Source: Candidatus Aenigmatarchaeota archaeon
GTDB taxonomy: Archaea; Aenigmatarchaeota; Aenigmatarchaeia; GW2011-AR5
Direction: 5' to 3'
Length of the DNA: 50,594 nucleotides
Assembly: GCA_043799385.1 (NCBI GenBank)
Contig: JAZDNV010000016.1
Location: 1 to 50,594 of the forward strand
The first letter of the stretch is position 1; each line of letters starts with the position of its first letter. Below the pieces are notes generated by a model. That model was given only the letters and a program-made list of their open reading frames with translations. It was not told the DNA's origin and ran no database searches. A program made the position numbers and the translations under genes. Shown here piece after piece: positions 27,845-37,640 of the stretch.

Positions 27845-29811
27845 AGCTGTTCAATCCTCTCAAGCAAAGCATCAGGAGAGGTATAAAACATGTTTATTAT
27901 TACCCCAATTTTTCTGTAATCTGTTATGTTTTGCTTAATCATCCATTCGATTACCTTTGCGCGCTTCTCTATTTCACTGCGTATATCTTTTTCGTCAGTT
28001 CCGGTCGTGTCTGATATCTTTTTCAGAATAACGCTTCTGTTTAGAGTCTCATACGAATCCTTTCTTGGGTTCCACCTGAATATGTCATTTTTCTCCAGGT
28101 TCTTTGTCTTCTCGTTGTATCTCGCCACTTCCAGTGATGTTATCACCCTCCTCATGTACACTTTCCCGTGCTTTATGAGTTTCAGAAATATTATTGTGTC
28201 CAGATTTTCTAGGAGATTTACCGGCAGACTTATTGGCGGTGATGTTAGTCGGTCAACGAGTCTTGGAAAGTTTTCGGCGTGTATCGTCGACAATCCTGCA
28301 TGACCAATGGCCATCTGCTGGAATAATACATACGCTTCTTTGCCGCGGACCTCACCGACAATTATATAATCAGGTCGCTGCCTCAATGACACACGAAGCA
28401 ATTCGTACATGTCAACCTTACCCACTTCAGAGAGCGGCGTTCTTGCCACTTCCGGGACCCAGTGCAAATGCGGCAGCCTTAGTTCAGCTGTATCCTCTAT
28501 GCTGACTATTTTCATCTGCGGTTTTATGAATAACGACAATGCGTTGAGGACTGACGTTTTGCCCGTGGCAGTGCCGCCCGATATCAGAATGCTTGCGCCA
28601 TGCTCAACCAAAAACCAGTAGTATGCCATCATCTTGAGGTCGAATGTGCCAAGCTTTATCAAATCCACGGGAGTCAATGGCGCTTCAGTGAACATCCTTA
28701 TTGTGAAGTTGCTGCCCCTTCTTGCAATATCGCTTCCAAGAGTTGCCTGCACACGCGAACCATCCGGCAACGTCCCGTCAAAAAGCGGCTTTGCAATAGA
28801 TATGCTTCTTCCGCACCGTTCAGCCAGCTTGTTCACAAACGAATCCAGGTCATCCTTGTCATTGAACACAACGTTTGTCTTCATCGACCCCAATCTAGGG
28901 TCACGGTGATATACATACACGTTTATTCCAACGCCGTCGCATGATATGTCCTCTATGCGCTTGTCACTTATTATCGGTTCTATTCTCTCGAGCCCGATGA
29001 AATCACGCATGAGGTAATATTTTAGTGTGGTCCTTGTTGTTTCGTCATATTTTACCTTGAAGTAGTCCAGTGCCTTGTCAAATATCTTTATTATGTAGTC
29101 CAGCGCATCTTTCTTTCTCAGCTGAGCGAAGTCCATGTCGATCTTTTCTTGGATGTAATTTTTTATCTCCATTAACAATATTTTCTGCGATTCATCTATC
29201 TTAGGCTCTTCAATATGATAAACCATCTCATTGATATTCTTGTCAAACATTATATGTGCCGAGCATGACTCACCAAGCGGGTATCTTATATCCGCTCTTA
29301 TGAGTTCAGTTTCATGCTCGATTCTCTCCATCGTTGTCTTTATTTCAGGTATTTTTATCCCTTCTACAATCTCTATTATTTCCTCATTTCCCTCTTCGTC
29401 TTTCTTCGCTTCCGCCGCTCCTTTTTTCTTCAATCTCAGCATTATGCGATGTGATGGGTGCATGCTACTTGGCGGCTCTTCCTTTACAGTTTCCGGCAGC
29501 TCTTTTGCTATTTCTGTTACAGTCTCTTTAACTTCCTGGTGTGCGCTTTCACGTTCTGCTCCCCCCGTTTTTTTCAGCCTTAGCACTATGCGACGCTTTG
29601 CGGGTTTGGCAACAATTTTTGCTGGCATATCGCTGGATTCTACCTCTTGAGGTATCACTCTGTGCACTTCTTCTGTATTTTTGCTTTCATCGGTGCTGGG
29701 AAGAATCTCTGGCCTTTTTACCGCTTCTATACCCTCCTTTTCAATCAGCGGGATGCCCCATGTTTTCCTGTCTTCCTTAGAATTGCCTTTTAAACTTAAG
29801 TTAATCTTCAT
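27841..29811 (-). CDS. Type IV pilus assembly ATPase (TadA/FlaI/VirB11 family)
   Basis: IEDISCDG, GGTATGKTS, SIEDTAEL, LRQRPDYIIVGEVRG, GH...STIHA. Confidence 0.95.
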   Translation of the reverse strand: MKINLSLKGNSKEDRKTWGIPLIEKEGIEAVKRPEILPSTDESKNTEEVHRVIPQEVESSDMPAKIVAKPAKRRIVLRLKKTGGAERESAHQEVKETVTEIAKELPETVKEEPPSSMHPSHRIMLRLKKKGAAEAKKDEEGNEEIIEIVEGIKIPEIKTTMERIEHETELIRADIRYPLGESCSAHIMFDKNINEMVYHIEEPKIDESQKILLMEIKNYIQEKIDMDFAQLRKKDALDYIIKIFDKALDYFKVKYDETTRTTLKYYLMRDFIGLERIEPIISDKRIEDISCDGVGINVYVYHRDPRLGSMKTNVVFNDKDDLDSFVNKLAERCGRSISIAKPLFDGTLPDGSRVQATLGSDIARRGSNFTIRMFTEAPLTPVDLIKLGTFDLKMMAYYWFLVEHGASILISGGTATGKTSVLNALSLFIKPQMKIVSIEDTAELRLPHLHWVPEVARTPLSEVGKVDMYELLRVSLRQRPDYIIVGEVRGKEAYVLFQQMAIGHAGLSTIHAENFPRLVDRLTSPPISLPVNLLENLDTIIFLKLIKHGKVYMRRVITSLEVARYNEKTKNLEKNDIFRWNPRKDSYETLNRSVILKKISDTTGTDEKDIRSEIEKRAKVIEWMIKQNITDYRKIGVIINMFYTSPDALLERIEQL

Positions 29812-30247
29812 CTCTCTCTACCACGATGTCAGTTGAATTCGAGACTATTCTTATGTACCTGCTGCCGCTTACAACGTTCCCAATAATATTATGGGTCTGG
29901 CTTATATTAAAAAGTCTTTGTGATATTATGGTGTCGGTGCATGATAATTTCAGCAGGCATTCGTCTCCGACGTTGCAGGTCCTGCCGCCACTGTCCGCAA
30001 TTTTAATTTGGTATTCGTTATCAGATATGGTCTCTGGGATAGACATCCTTATCACTGAATTGTTGCTCAGCGACGATTTTATTATCGCAGCTGTCAGCAT
30101 GTTAGAAACACTTGTGAGCTGGCTTTCTATCGCCACGCCGCTCATGGAATCATGGAGATGCTGAAAATTTATCATAACGAAGCTCACGATTGCAATGCCA
30201 AGTGAAAAAATCAGTATCTCCTCGAGTATTCTGTACTGGGCTTTCAT
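29801..30247 (-). CDS. Pilin-like protein
   Basis: MKA/QYRILEE followed by a hydrophobic helix. Confidence 0.75.
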   Translation of the reverse strand: MKAQYRILEEILIFSLGIAIVSFVMINFQHLHDSMSGVAIESQLTSVSNMLTAAIIKSSLSNNSVIRMSIPETISDNEYQIKIADSGGRTCNVGDECLLKLSCTDTIISQRLFNISQTHNIIGNVVSGSRYIRIVSNSTDIVVERDED

Positions 30248-30281
30248 ACGAATAATAATTGAGAAAATCTTTATTTAAGTA

Positions 30282-30872
30282 TTAGTCTATCCTGAATGTT
30301 ACCAGAGTCTTGATTAGGTCCCTTCCACCCACCCTCTCTTGCGATATGCCGTTGTTTTCTATTATTATATTGTGATTCTCGCCACCGACGGCAGGACTGC
30401 CGCTCAATTCAATTTTATAGGATTCCAGGCCTTCGTTGTCATACAGCGTGATAAACTTCAATACGTGAACATTCCTGTAGCTCCTTTCGCCTATCTGCGA
30501 ACTCCTGACGCATATCGTTGCCGGATTGTCCACGCCCCACGAACCGTCGTTCAATGTGCATGTGTTTTTTCCAAGCGGAATCCATCCGCCTAAGTCATAT
30601 AAGGTTCCTTTGGTCTCAACACTCAGTTCAATTGTTGTTCCGTCAAATGTCACCGTCCCAGGCACAGTTATTGTAATTGTGTCCTTGCCGCCGCTGTTTG
30701 CAACATATTTTATCTTTTCATTCAGGTCTTCCATGAACCTTTTTGAATTGACTACCGTTGATATGTCCATGTTTTTTTCTATCAGAGGAACGCCCCAGAA
30801 GTAGACTGAACTGACGACGCCTATTAGGACTCCGCTAATCAAAATTACAGATATAGCCTCCTGCCCCTTCAT
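30282..30872 (-). CDS. Pilin-like protein
   Basis: MKG/QEAISVILISG...YFWGVPLI. Confidence 0.78.
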   Translation of the reverse strand: MKGQEAISVILISGVLIGVVSSVYFWGVPLIEKNMDISTVVNSKRFMEDLNEKIKYVANSGGKDTITITVPGTVTFDGTTIELSVETKGTLYDLGGWIPLGKNTCTLNDGSWGVDNPATICVRSSQIGERSYRNVHVLKFITLYDNEGLESYKIELSGSPAVGGENHNIIIENNGISQERVGGRDLIKTLVTFRID

Positions 30873-30876
30873 TAAA

Positions 30877-31257
30877 TCACTTTTTTAACTTGGGCTTCAT
30901 GACAGAGAGAATTATCGCATTGACTCGTTTCTCAAGTTTTGCCAGCCTTTCGTCTATTTTTCTTTCCAAAGCAATGTTCTCCTCATCGCTCGGTTGTTCG
31001 GTCGTCAACTCGACCTTTGATATGAAATCCTCCAACCTTTTTGTCATATCGTTTACAGATGTCATCAGGTCAGATATCCTGCTCATCATATCAGAATTTA
31101 TCCTTACCATGCTATCAATGACTCGCTGGTTTGCGGTAACGACGTCTAGCAATTCTTTTGTTGTTTCACTAGTTGTACCAACCTTCTCGATCCTTTCCAA
31201 CCTTCTCTCAATCCTTCTTATAGGGTTGACTGGCACTAGCTCGAATTCCTCTTCCAT
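30877..31257 (-). CDS. Coiled-coil hypothetical protein heading the pilus locus
   Basis: EFELVP..PIRRIERRLERIE; heptad repeats; AGGTGA upstream. Confidence 0.7.
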   Translation of the reverse strand: MEEEFELVPVNPIRRIERRLERIEKVGTTSETTKELLDVVTANQRVIDSMVRINSDMMSRISDLMTSVNDMTKRLEDFISKVELTTEQPSDEENIALERKIDERLAKLEKRVNAIILSVMKPKLKK

Positions 31258-31384
31258 TGAATCACCTAAATAGATATATTTTTCTTGCTATATAAAGATT
31301 AATCAAAGAAGCCAAATATTCGCAAGGAATATTTATTATAATCTCTCACGGTTTTTTTGAGAATAAATGAAAAATAATGGAAGA

Positions 31385-33031
31385 TTACTCTTCCATTCCT
31401 CCCATTCCAGGCGGCATTCCACCCATACCTCCGGGCATCCCTCCTGACGGCGACTTGCCTGTTATCACGTCGTCTATACGCAGAATCATTTCAGCTGCTT
31501 CTGAGGCAGACTTTATTGCCTGCGTTTTTATCTTTAAAGGCTCAATTACGCCAAGCTTCTTCATATCTGTTATTTTTCCGTTTACGACGTCAATTCCATA
31601 ATGCTCTTCGCCCTTTTCATGGTGAGTTCTTACCTCTACTAGGAGGTCTATCGGGTCCTTGCCAGTTGACTCGGCTAATGTTCTTGGGACAATTTCTATG
31701 GCATCAACGAATGCATTTATGGCCAACTGCTCTTTTCCACCCACAGTCTCTGCATATTCGCGAAGCCTTTTAGCAAGTTCTATCTCTACTGCACCGCCGC
31801 CGGTGACGAACTTACCGTCCTCTATTGCGGCTGCAACGCCCAAAACTGCATCGTCCATTGCGCGTTTCGCTTCCTCGACGACATGTTCTGTTCCGCCGCG
31901 AATCAGTATCGACACCGCTTTTGGATCTTTGCATTCGCGGACAAAGATCATCTCTTCTCCTGCGATTTTCTGTTCCTCGACAAGACCTGCGTAGCCAAGG
32001 TCATCTTTGCTGAGCTCATCGACGTTGGAAACAATGTTCGCGCCTGTTGCCTTTGCGAGTTTTTCTATGTCGCTCTTCTTGACGCGACGGGCAGCTGATA
32101 TACCTTCTTTTGCCAGGTAGTGCTGTGCAACATCGTCTATACCCTTCTGACAAAAAACTACGTTACAGCCGGAATTCACGACTTTCTTTACCATCTCCTT
32201 GAGCATTCTTGATTCCTGCTCTATGAAGGCCTGCAACTGATCTGGAGACGTTATCCTTATCTCTGCGTTGTTCTCAGTCTCTTTTACCTCTAATGCGCAG
32301 TCCAGCAGCGCGATCTTCGCGTCCTTTACCTTCTTCGGCATGTTTGAATGGGATATTTCCTTGTCAATTACAATGCCTTTTATCAGCTCTGTGTCATCTA
32401 TCGAGCCGCCCTGCTTCTTCTCTATCTGTATGTTATCCGGATTTATCACAACTCCGTTGTTTTCCTTTTCAGCAACCATCTTGACCGCATTTACAGCTAT
32501 AGATGCCAGTTCCCCTCTTGCCGCTTCACTACCTTTACCTGTCATGGCAGTCATCGCAATCTTCTCTAAAATATCATTGTCGTTTATGCCAACGTTTTCA
32601 CCAAGTTCTTCCAAGATTTCCAGCGCCTTGTACTTCGCAACCCTGAAACCGCGTATTATCACCGTTGGATGGATTTCTTGCTCGAGCAGCGATTCTGCCT
32701 TTTTCAGCAATTCACCAGCGATTACAACAGCAGTTGTCGTTCCGTCTCCAACCTCGTCTTCCTGCGTTTTTGCGACCTCGACCAGCATTTTTGCAGCAGG
32801 ATGCTCTATCTCCATCTCACTCAATATCGTAGCGCCATCATTTGTTATCGTTACATCACCAATAGAATCAACAAGCATCTTGTCCATGCCCTTAGGCCCT
32901 AGCGTAGTTCTGATGCTTTCCGCAACTGCTTTAGCTGCAGCAATGTTGCGCGTCTGGGCATCTCTGCCAGTGTTCCTGAGCGTTCCCTCAGGTAAAATAA
33001 ATATCGGTTGTCCAGCCAATTGTCCTACCAT
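31385..33031 (-). CDS. ths: Thermosome (group II chaperonin) subunit
   Basis: [30 protein letters not shown]-rich tail. Confidence 0.98.
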   Translation of the reverse strand: MVGQLAGQPIFILPEGTLRNTGRDAQTRNIAAAKAVAESIRTTLGPKGMDKMLVDSIGDVTITNDGATILSEMEIEHPAAKMLVEVAKTQEDEVGDGTTTAVVIAGELLKKAESLLEQEIHPTVIIRGFRVAKYKALEILEELGENVGINDNDILEKIAMTAMTGKGSEAARGELASIAVNAVKMVAEKENNGVVINPDNIQIEKKQGGSIDDTELIKGIVIDKEISHSNMPKKVKDAKIALLDCALEVKETENNAEIRITSPDQLQAFIEQESRMLKEMVKKVVNSGCNVVFCQKGIDDVAQHYLAKEGISAARRVKKSDIEKLAKATGANIVSNVDELSKDDLGYAGLVEEQKIAGEEMIFVRECKDPKAVSILIRGGTEHVVEEAKRAMDDAVLGVAAAIEDGKFVTGGGAVEIELAKRLREYAETVGGKEQLAINAFVDAIEIVPRTLAESTGKDPIDLLVEVRTHHEKGEEHYGIDVVNGKITDMKKLGVIEPLKIKTQAIKSASEAAEMILRIDDVITGKSPSGGMPGGMGGMPPGMGGMEE

Positions 33032-33141
33032 ATCAAAACACCTCTTTTTATATTTTATTCAATCATCTTCTTTCCGTAGATTTCTTTGAAAGCTTGTATA
33101 CTTCCATACACATAATATTGAAAAAGCTTAAATCCCTTCCG

Positions 33142-34011
33142 TTACATGAGAATTTTCCTTATATCCTTTGGTTTCATCCCTTTCAGTTCGCTCTCTTTCA
33201 GCGTAGGTACTGCAACATCTATGCTCTTTTTTGTCACCACAAGGACAGATTTTTTCATGATTTCCGAGAAGCCGAGCATGTAAGGGACTTTCTTCTTTAT
33301 CGTTTTTTCGTGCTCTTCGGCGTCTAAAAACGTAATGAACCGTTCATCCTTCGCTATTATGTTAAATGGCGTCTGGTGCACGAAGTCTGTTTTAAATCCT
33401 GCACGTCTCATATCGCAGGAAACGGTGCTCTCGAACCTGCAGGAAGGCTTGTTCTCTATGTCAGCGAATTTGCATTCCAATTTTGTCGGTTCAGAAATTC
33501 TGCCTATAATATTTTCTATTTTTAGGACAACACTTTGCCGAGCATGCATCGTTCTCTGCTCATGCTCGTATATGCTCTTCTTGGTAACGCCAACGCGGTT
33601 TGCCAGCTCTTCCTGCGTAAAGCCTGCGTCAATCCTTTTTTTTCTCAGTTTTTCAGGATTTATTTCTATGAATAGGCCACCGCGAAATCTCCTTGTTAGC
33701 GGTTGATATCCATGGACAATGTTTTCCAGAGTTTTTTGCGTGAAAGTCGGTATGCCGAATCTCTCGTAGATTATGTTATCCCTTAATTTATCGTATCTTG
33801 TCTGAATGCCAATCAGCGCAGAAAATGCCTTCAGGTTGTTTGACAATACCTTGAGGTTATTGGCCTGCTCGTTCTGGAACGAGTCAACGTTCATCAATAC
33901 CTTTAGTAGCAACGTAAAATCTCGCCTAGCGATTATGTCGAAGCAACCACAGTATTCAGAGTATTCAAACCCGGCCTTCTGCAGTATACTTTCAACGCTA
34001 TTCAACAGCAT
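33142..34011 (-). CDS. Archaeal HTH transcriptional regulator (COG1395-like)
   Basis: CFDIIARR...LLKVL.NVDS...IYERFGIP...RGGLF...TQEELANRVGVTKKSIYEHE...PFN. Confidence 0.88.
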   Translation of the reverse strand: MLLNSVESILQKAGFEYSEYCGCFDIIARRDFTLLLKVLMNVDSFQNEQANNLKVLSNNLKAFSALIGIQTRYDKLRDNIIYERFGIPTFTQKTLENIVHGYQPLTRRFRGGLFIEINPEKLRKKRIDAGFTQEELANRVGVTKKSIYEHEQRTMHARQSVVLKIENIIGRISEPTKLECKFADIENKPSCRFESTVSCDMRRAGFKTDFVHQTPFNIIAKDERFITFLDAEEHEKTIKKKVPYMLGFSEIMKKSVLVVTKKSIDVAVPTLKESELKGMKPKDIRKILM

Positions 34012-34089
34012 AACTTAATCACTTTCGGAAAATTTTTAAAAGACATGTTTAAAAATGTTTCTCACTCATTTAATGGATATGCAATCCGT

Positions 34090-34199
34090 GGGCCGGTAGC
34101 TCAGCTGGTTAGAACTCTTCAAAGAGTAACATGCAACTGTCTTATAAGGCATCTGAGCGTAAAAGCAGTAGGTCAGGAGTTCAAATCTCCTCCGGCCCA
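34090..34199 (+). tRNA. tRNA-Ile(UAU) with two introns: 23/24 (34114-34132) and 38/39 (34148-34164)
   Basis: GGGCCGG/CCGGCCC+A; BHB1 GTTA-GA^A...TAAC-AT^G; BHB2 TTAT-AA^G...GTAA-AA^G; mature 74 nt with ACTGT-CT-TAT-AA-GCAGT. Confidence 0.88.
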
Positions 34200-34317
34200 T
34201 TACAAAATATTATTTTTTAGTCATACAATTTTTTTCTCGGAGTGAAAAAAATAACCGATAAATATATATATGGGGTAAATTCATTATATAATCATAAATT
34301 AAATGGGTGATAAGAAA

Positions 34318-34344
34318 ATGGCAAAGAAGAAAAAGAAGAAATAA
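34318..34344 (+). CDS. Candidate poly-lysine micro-peptide MAKKKKKK
   Basis: GGTGAT RBS 6 nt upstream; strong TATA tracts at 34261-34290; mixed AAG/AAA codons. Confidence 0.35.
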   Translation: MAKKKKKK

Positions 34345-34371
34345 AACGAAATGAGATGTTTTTATAATATT

Positions 34372-34839
34372 TTAACCATGATAGTCCGTCTTTTTGTTTT
34401 CTAATTCCAAGCTTTCCCAAGAGAAGGAAAGCTTCTTACATATTCTACTTAACTCTACCTCAAGCTCGCTATCCCAGAAGTTCCATGTTTTTCTTATCCA
34501 TCTGGCCGTTTCAGCCTCATTGGGCCTTATTGCAAGTATGTTATTTTCCCACTTCAATACCTGTATCTTTTTATAGAGTTCAAAGAGCCTATCACGCTCT
34601 TCGGTCGTTATCATATCCTGCTCAAACATGCCGCAAAGCGAATCAGACCCCATCACTATGGGTTCGATTATCTTTTCCGAGAAGTTGAAAAGCTTTTCCG
34701 AGATCTCCAGTCTTATCTGGTCGAAGATTTCACCCTCCTCGACAAGATCGAGCTTGAATCTTTTTTCTAGTTCGTCGAGTTGGGGCAATCTGAATTTTTC
34801 CTGCATCTTCTTGTAGCGGTCAAAAACTGAATTCATCAC
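34372..34839 (-). CDS. Hypothetical helical protein
   Basis: 155-aa ORF, divergent from pyrH. Confidence 0.75.
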   Translation of the reverse strand: MMNSVFDRYKKMQEKFRLPQLDELEKRFKLDLVEEGEIFDQIRLEISEKLFNFSEKIIEPIVMGSDSLCGMFEQDMITTEERDRLFELYKKIQVLKWENNILAIRPNEAETARWIRKTWNFWDSELEVELSRICKKLSFSWESLELENKKTDYHG

Positions 34840-34906
34840 TATAAAAATGTAGCGAAACTATAAAAAATTTAATTTCAATGAGATTAATGATTAACAGGTG
34901 AGAAAA

Positions 34907-35557
34907 ATGAGGCTTGTCATAAAAATCGGCGGTTCGATGTCAATAGACGAAAACGGTCCGAGGATGGAGTACTTCAAAAAACTACTGCCTGTGCTGGAAA
35001 AGATAGATGAAAGCAATCAGCTGATTCTTTCGATTGGCGGTGGGAAATTCATAAGAAAATACTATGATGCGATAAAGGAATTCGGCTTGAGCGACGAGGA
35101 GATGGAATGGATTGCGATCGACATACTTCGCGTCAACGTGCGGTTCCTGTCATTTTTGGTGAAGAAAAAAGTGATACTCTCTTTGGATGAATTGAAAGAA
35201 AATAGCAGCGGCGTGATAGGCGGTATAGCGCCGAAGCGCAGTACCGATGCGAACGCGGCCTACGCCGCGAAGACAATAAAAGCGGATTTATTCATCAAAT
35301 TGACAAACGTTGATGGCGTCTACGACAAGGACCCGAGGAAATTCATCGATGCAAAAAAAATTGATGAGATATCCTTCAATGAATTGAAGAATTACACCGA
35401 GGACGGTAAACCAGGAAAATATGGCGTTCTGGACAATATGGCTGCTGACACAATAGTGAAGAATAGGATAAAGACGGTTATAATGAACGGCAGCGAGCCA
35501 AAAGATATTCTAAAAGTCCTACGCGGAGAAAAAATCGGTACGCTGATAAGCGATTAA
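34907..35557 (+). CDS. pyrH: Uridylate kinase
   Basis: VIKIGGS, GGGKFIRKY, STDANAA, TNVDGVYDKDP, GEKIGT; AGGTGA RBS favours ATG 34907. Confidence 0.93.
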   Translation: MRLVIKIGGSMSIDENGPRMEYFKKLLPVLEKIDESNQLILSIGGGKFIRKYYDAIKEFGLSDEEMEWIAIDILRVNVRFLSFLVKKKVILSLDELKENSSGVIGGIAPKRSTDANAAYAAKTIKADLFIKLTNVDGVYDKDPRKFIDAKKIDEISFNELKNYTEDGKPGKYGVLDNMAADTIVKNRIKTVIMNGSEPKDILKVLRGEKIGTLISD

Positions 35558-35590
35558 TTCTTTAAACGTTTCTGCCTTAATTCTTATTAC

Positions 35591-35663
35591 GGGCCCGTGG
35601 TCTAGCGGTTATGACGTCGCGTTCACGTCGCGAAGGTCGCAGGTTCAAATCCTGCCGAGCCCA
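35591..35663 (+). tRNA. tRNA-Val(CAC), no intron
   Basis: TCGCG-TT-CAC-GT-CGCGA; GCAGG-TTCAAAT-CCTGC; acceptor GGGCCCG/CGAGCCC+A with one C-A mismatch. Confidence 0.93.
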
Positions 35664-35691
35664 TTTAAAGATTAATGAGGAATTGATGAGC

Positions 35692-36681
35692 ATGAAGGCA
35701 ACGGCAACCGCAAATGCGAATATTGCTCTAGTTAAATATTGGGGTAAAAGGAGCTCGGATACAATTCTCCCGAAAAACGGAAGCATCTCGATGACATGTG
35801 ATGGGATGACAACTACGACAACAGTAGAATTCTCTGATGAATATAATGAGCATACGGTCGTAATAAATGACGAGGAATTCAAGAAGGATGAAAAGGATAT
35901 ACATGGCCATATCGACCGTATCTGCAAGCTGGCAGGAATAAAGCAGCATGCAAAAGTAATTTCAGAGAGCAATTTTCCGGTTGCAGCCGGACTCGCGAGC
36001 AGCGCCAGCGGCTTTTCAGCGTTAACAGTGGCAGCATGCGCGGCAGCTGGATTAAAACGGTCGCCAAAGGAATTGTCGATACTTACCCGTCAAGGCTCTG
36101 GTTCCGCTTGCCGAAGCATTTTCGGTGGTTTCGTTGAATGGAATCGCGGTGAAAAAGATGACGGTAGTGATAGTTATGCAGAATCGATCGTTGACAAGAA
36201 TTATTGGCCGGATTTCAGAATGGTTACGACTATCGTTGAGGTAAAGAAAAAGCCAGTTAGCAGCCGTGCAGGAATGGCCCAGACAGTAGCGACATCTCCT
36301 TATTATGATGGTTGGCTTAAAACGGTTAATGAAGATATGAAAAGCGTCAGAGACGGTATAAATGAAAGAAATTTTGTTAAAGTAGCAGAAACAGCTGAAT
36401 TCAATTGTTTGAAGATGCATGCGACGATGATAACGACAAAGCCGCCGATAATCTACTGGATACCAGCGACGATGGAGATTATTCATGCAGTAAGGCAGAT
36501 ACGCGAAGAAGGGATAGCCGCATATTTCACGATGGATGCAGGACCAAACGTCAAGGTCATGTGCCTTAAAGAAAATGAAAATGAGATAAGCAGAAGGATT
36601 CAGGAACTGGATGGCGTGATAAAGACGATAGTATGCAAGCCTGGCGAAGGAGCGAAAATAATCGACAAGCATTTATTTTAG
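35692..36681 (+). CDS. mvaD: Diphosphomevalonate decarboxylase
   Basis: NIALVKYWGK, SNFPVAAGLASSASG, GSGSACRS, SSRAGM, TMDAGPNV; start at 35692 or 35686 (track start lies in tRNA-Val). Confidence 0.95.
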   Translation: MKATATANANIALVKYWGKRSSDTILPKNGSISMTCDGMTTTTTVEFSDEYNEHTVVINDEEFKKDEKDIHGHIDRICKLAGIKQHAKVISESNFPVAAGLASSASGFSALTVAACAAAGLKRSPKELSILTRQGSGSACRSIFGGFVEWNRGEKDDGSDSYAESIVDKNYWPDFRMVTTIVEVKKKPVSSRAGMAQTVATSPYYDGWLKTVNEDMKSVRDGINERNFVKVAETAEFNCLKMHATMITTKPPIIYWIPATMEIIHAVRQIREEGIAAYFTMDAGPNVKVMCLKENENEISRRIQELDGVIKTIVCKPGEGAKIIDKHLF

Positions 36682-36692
36682 AGAGTGATGAA

Positions 36693-37634
36693 ATGACAGG
36701 AAGAGGCATTGGATATGGTAAAACTATTCTGTTTGGAGAACATTTTGTCGTTTACGGTTTCCCAGGAATCGCATCAGCGATAAGCGATTACACGATTGCA
36801 GAAGTTGAAGAAGGAGAAAAAGGTTTAACACTTATAGATAACAGGCATGCTGTTGAAGGCTACAAAGAAACAAAACAAGGCGAGATATCTAGGGGGCTTG
36901 AGCTTATTCTTAATTTTATGAAGATCGATGTTGACAAGACTCCATTAAAAATAACGCTTTCAGGCAATCTTGAATGCGCATCGGGTATAGGTGCGAGTGC
37001 AGCATTAGCAAGCAGCATCGCCAGGGCATTGAACGAGCATTTTGATTTCGGAATGAACGATGACCAGATTAATGAAGTTGCATACGAGGGCGAGAAGGGA
37101 AGTGCAGGCACACCAAGTGGTATAGATAATACATGTTCTACATATGGCGGGATGATTGTTTTCGAAAAAAATCTGGCTGGAGGCCCGAATAAAATTGAAA
37201 GAATTACTGTTGCGAAACCGTTAGACATAGTTATGGCAAGTACGGGAATAACCCAGGAGACAAAGGAAGTTGTGGCTGATGTTAAAAAAGAAAAAGACAG
37301 CAATCCTGAAAAATTTGACAAGATTTTTGTAGAATATAAAAGAGTTTTCGATGAGGCATTAATTGCCATAAAGAAAGGAGATGTCAAGAAAATAGGAGAG
37401 CTTATGGATAAGAATCAGGAACTACTTAGACAGATAACCGTCAGCTGCCATGAGATAGAAGAAATAGTATCAATCGCCAAAAATAACGGCGCTCTTGGCG
37501 CAAAATTAACTGGGACAGGAAGAGGGGGCCTTGTGATATCTCTTGCTTCAAACAGAGAAGAAGCAGAAAAAATATCAAAGACGATTGAAAATAAAGGCTT
37601 CAAAACTAGTATGACACAACTAGGAAAAAAGTAA
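36693..37634 (+). CDS. mvk: Mevalonate kinase
   Basis: GKTILFGEHFVVYG, SGIGASAA, GTPSGIDN, GAKLTGTGRGG. Confidence 0.95.
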   Translation: MTGRGIGYGKTILFGEHFVVYGFPGIASAISDYTIAEVEEGEKGLTLIDNRHAVEGYKETKQGEISRGLELILNFMKIDVDKTPLKITLSGNLECASGIGASAALASSIARALNEHFDFGMNDDQINEVAYEGEKGSAGTPSGIDNTCSTYGGMIVFEKNLAGGPNKIERITVAKPLDIVMASTGITQETKEVVADVKKEKDSNPEKFDKIFVEYKRVFDEALIAIKKGDVKKIGELMDKNQELLRQITVSCHEIEEIVSIAKNNGALGAKLTGTGRGGLVISLASNREEAEKISKTIENKGFKTSMTQLGKK

Positions 37635-37640
37635 GTTATA

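Noticed and set aside
32268..33089. Long antisense ORFs such as 273 aa opposite the thermosome, 203 aa opposite the CBS protein and 206 aa opposite MVD
   Set aside because: Ser/Phe/Ile-rich shadow frames of well-supported genes
34032..34056. Inverted repeat ATTTTTAAA-N7-TTTAAAAAT
   Set aside because: Most simply two back-to-back TATA boxes for the divergent regulator and tRNA-Ile
34141..34169. Alternative UAA (Leu) anticodon or a canonical 37/38 intron
   Set aside because: The short variable loop excludes Leu, and only the 38/39 placement gives a 4-bp helix with two 3-nt bulges
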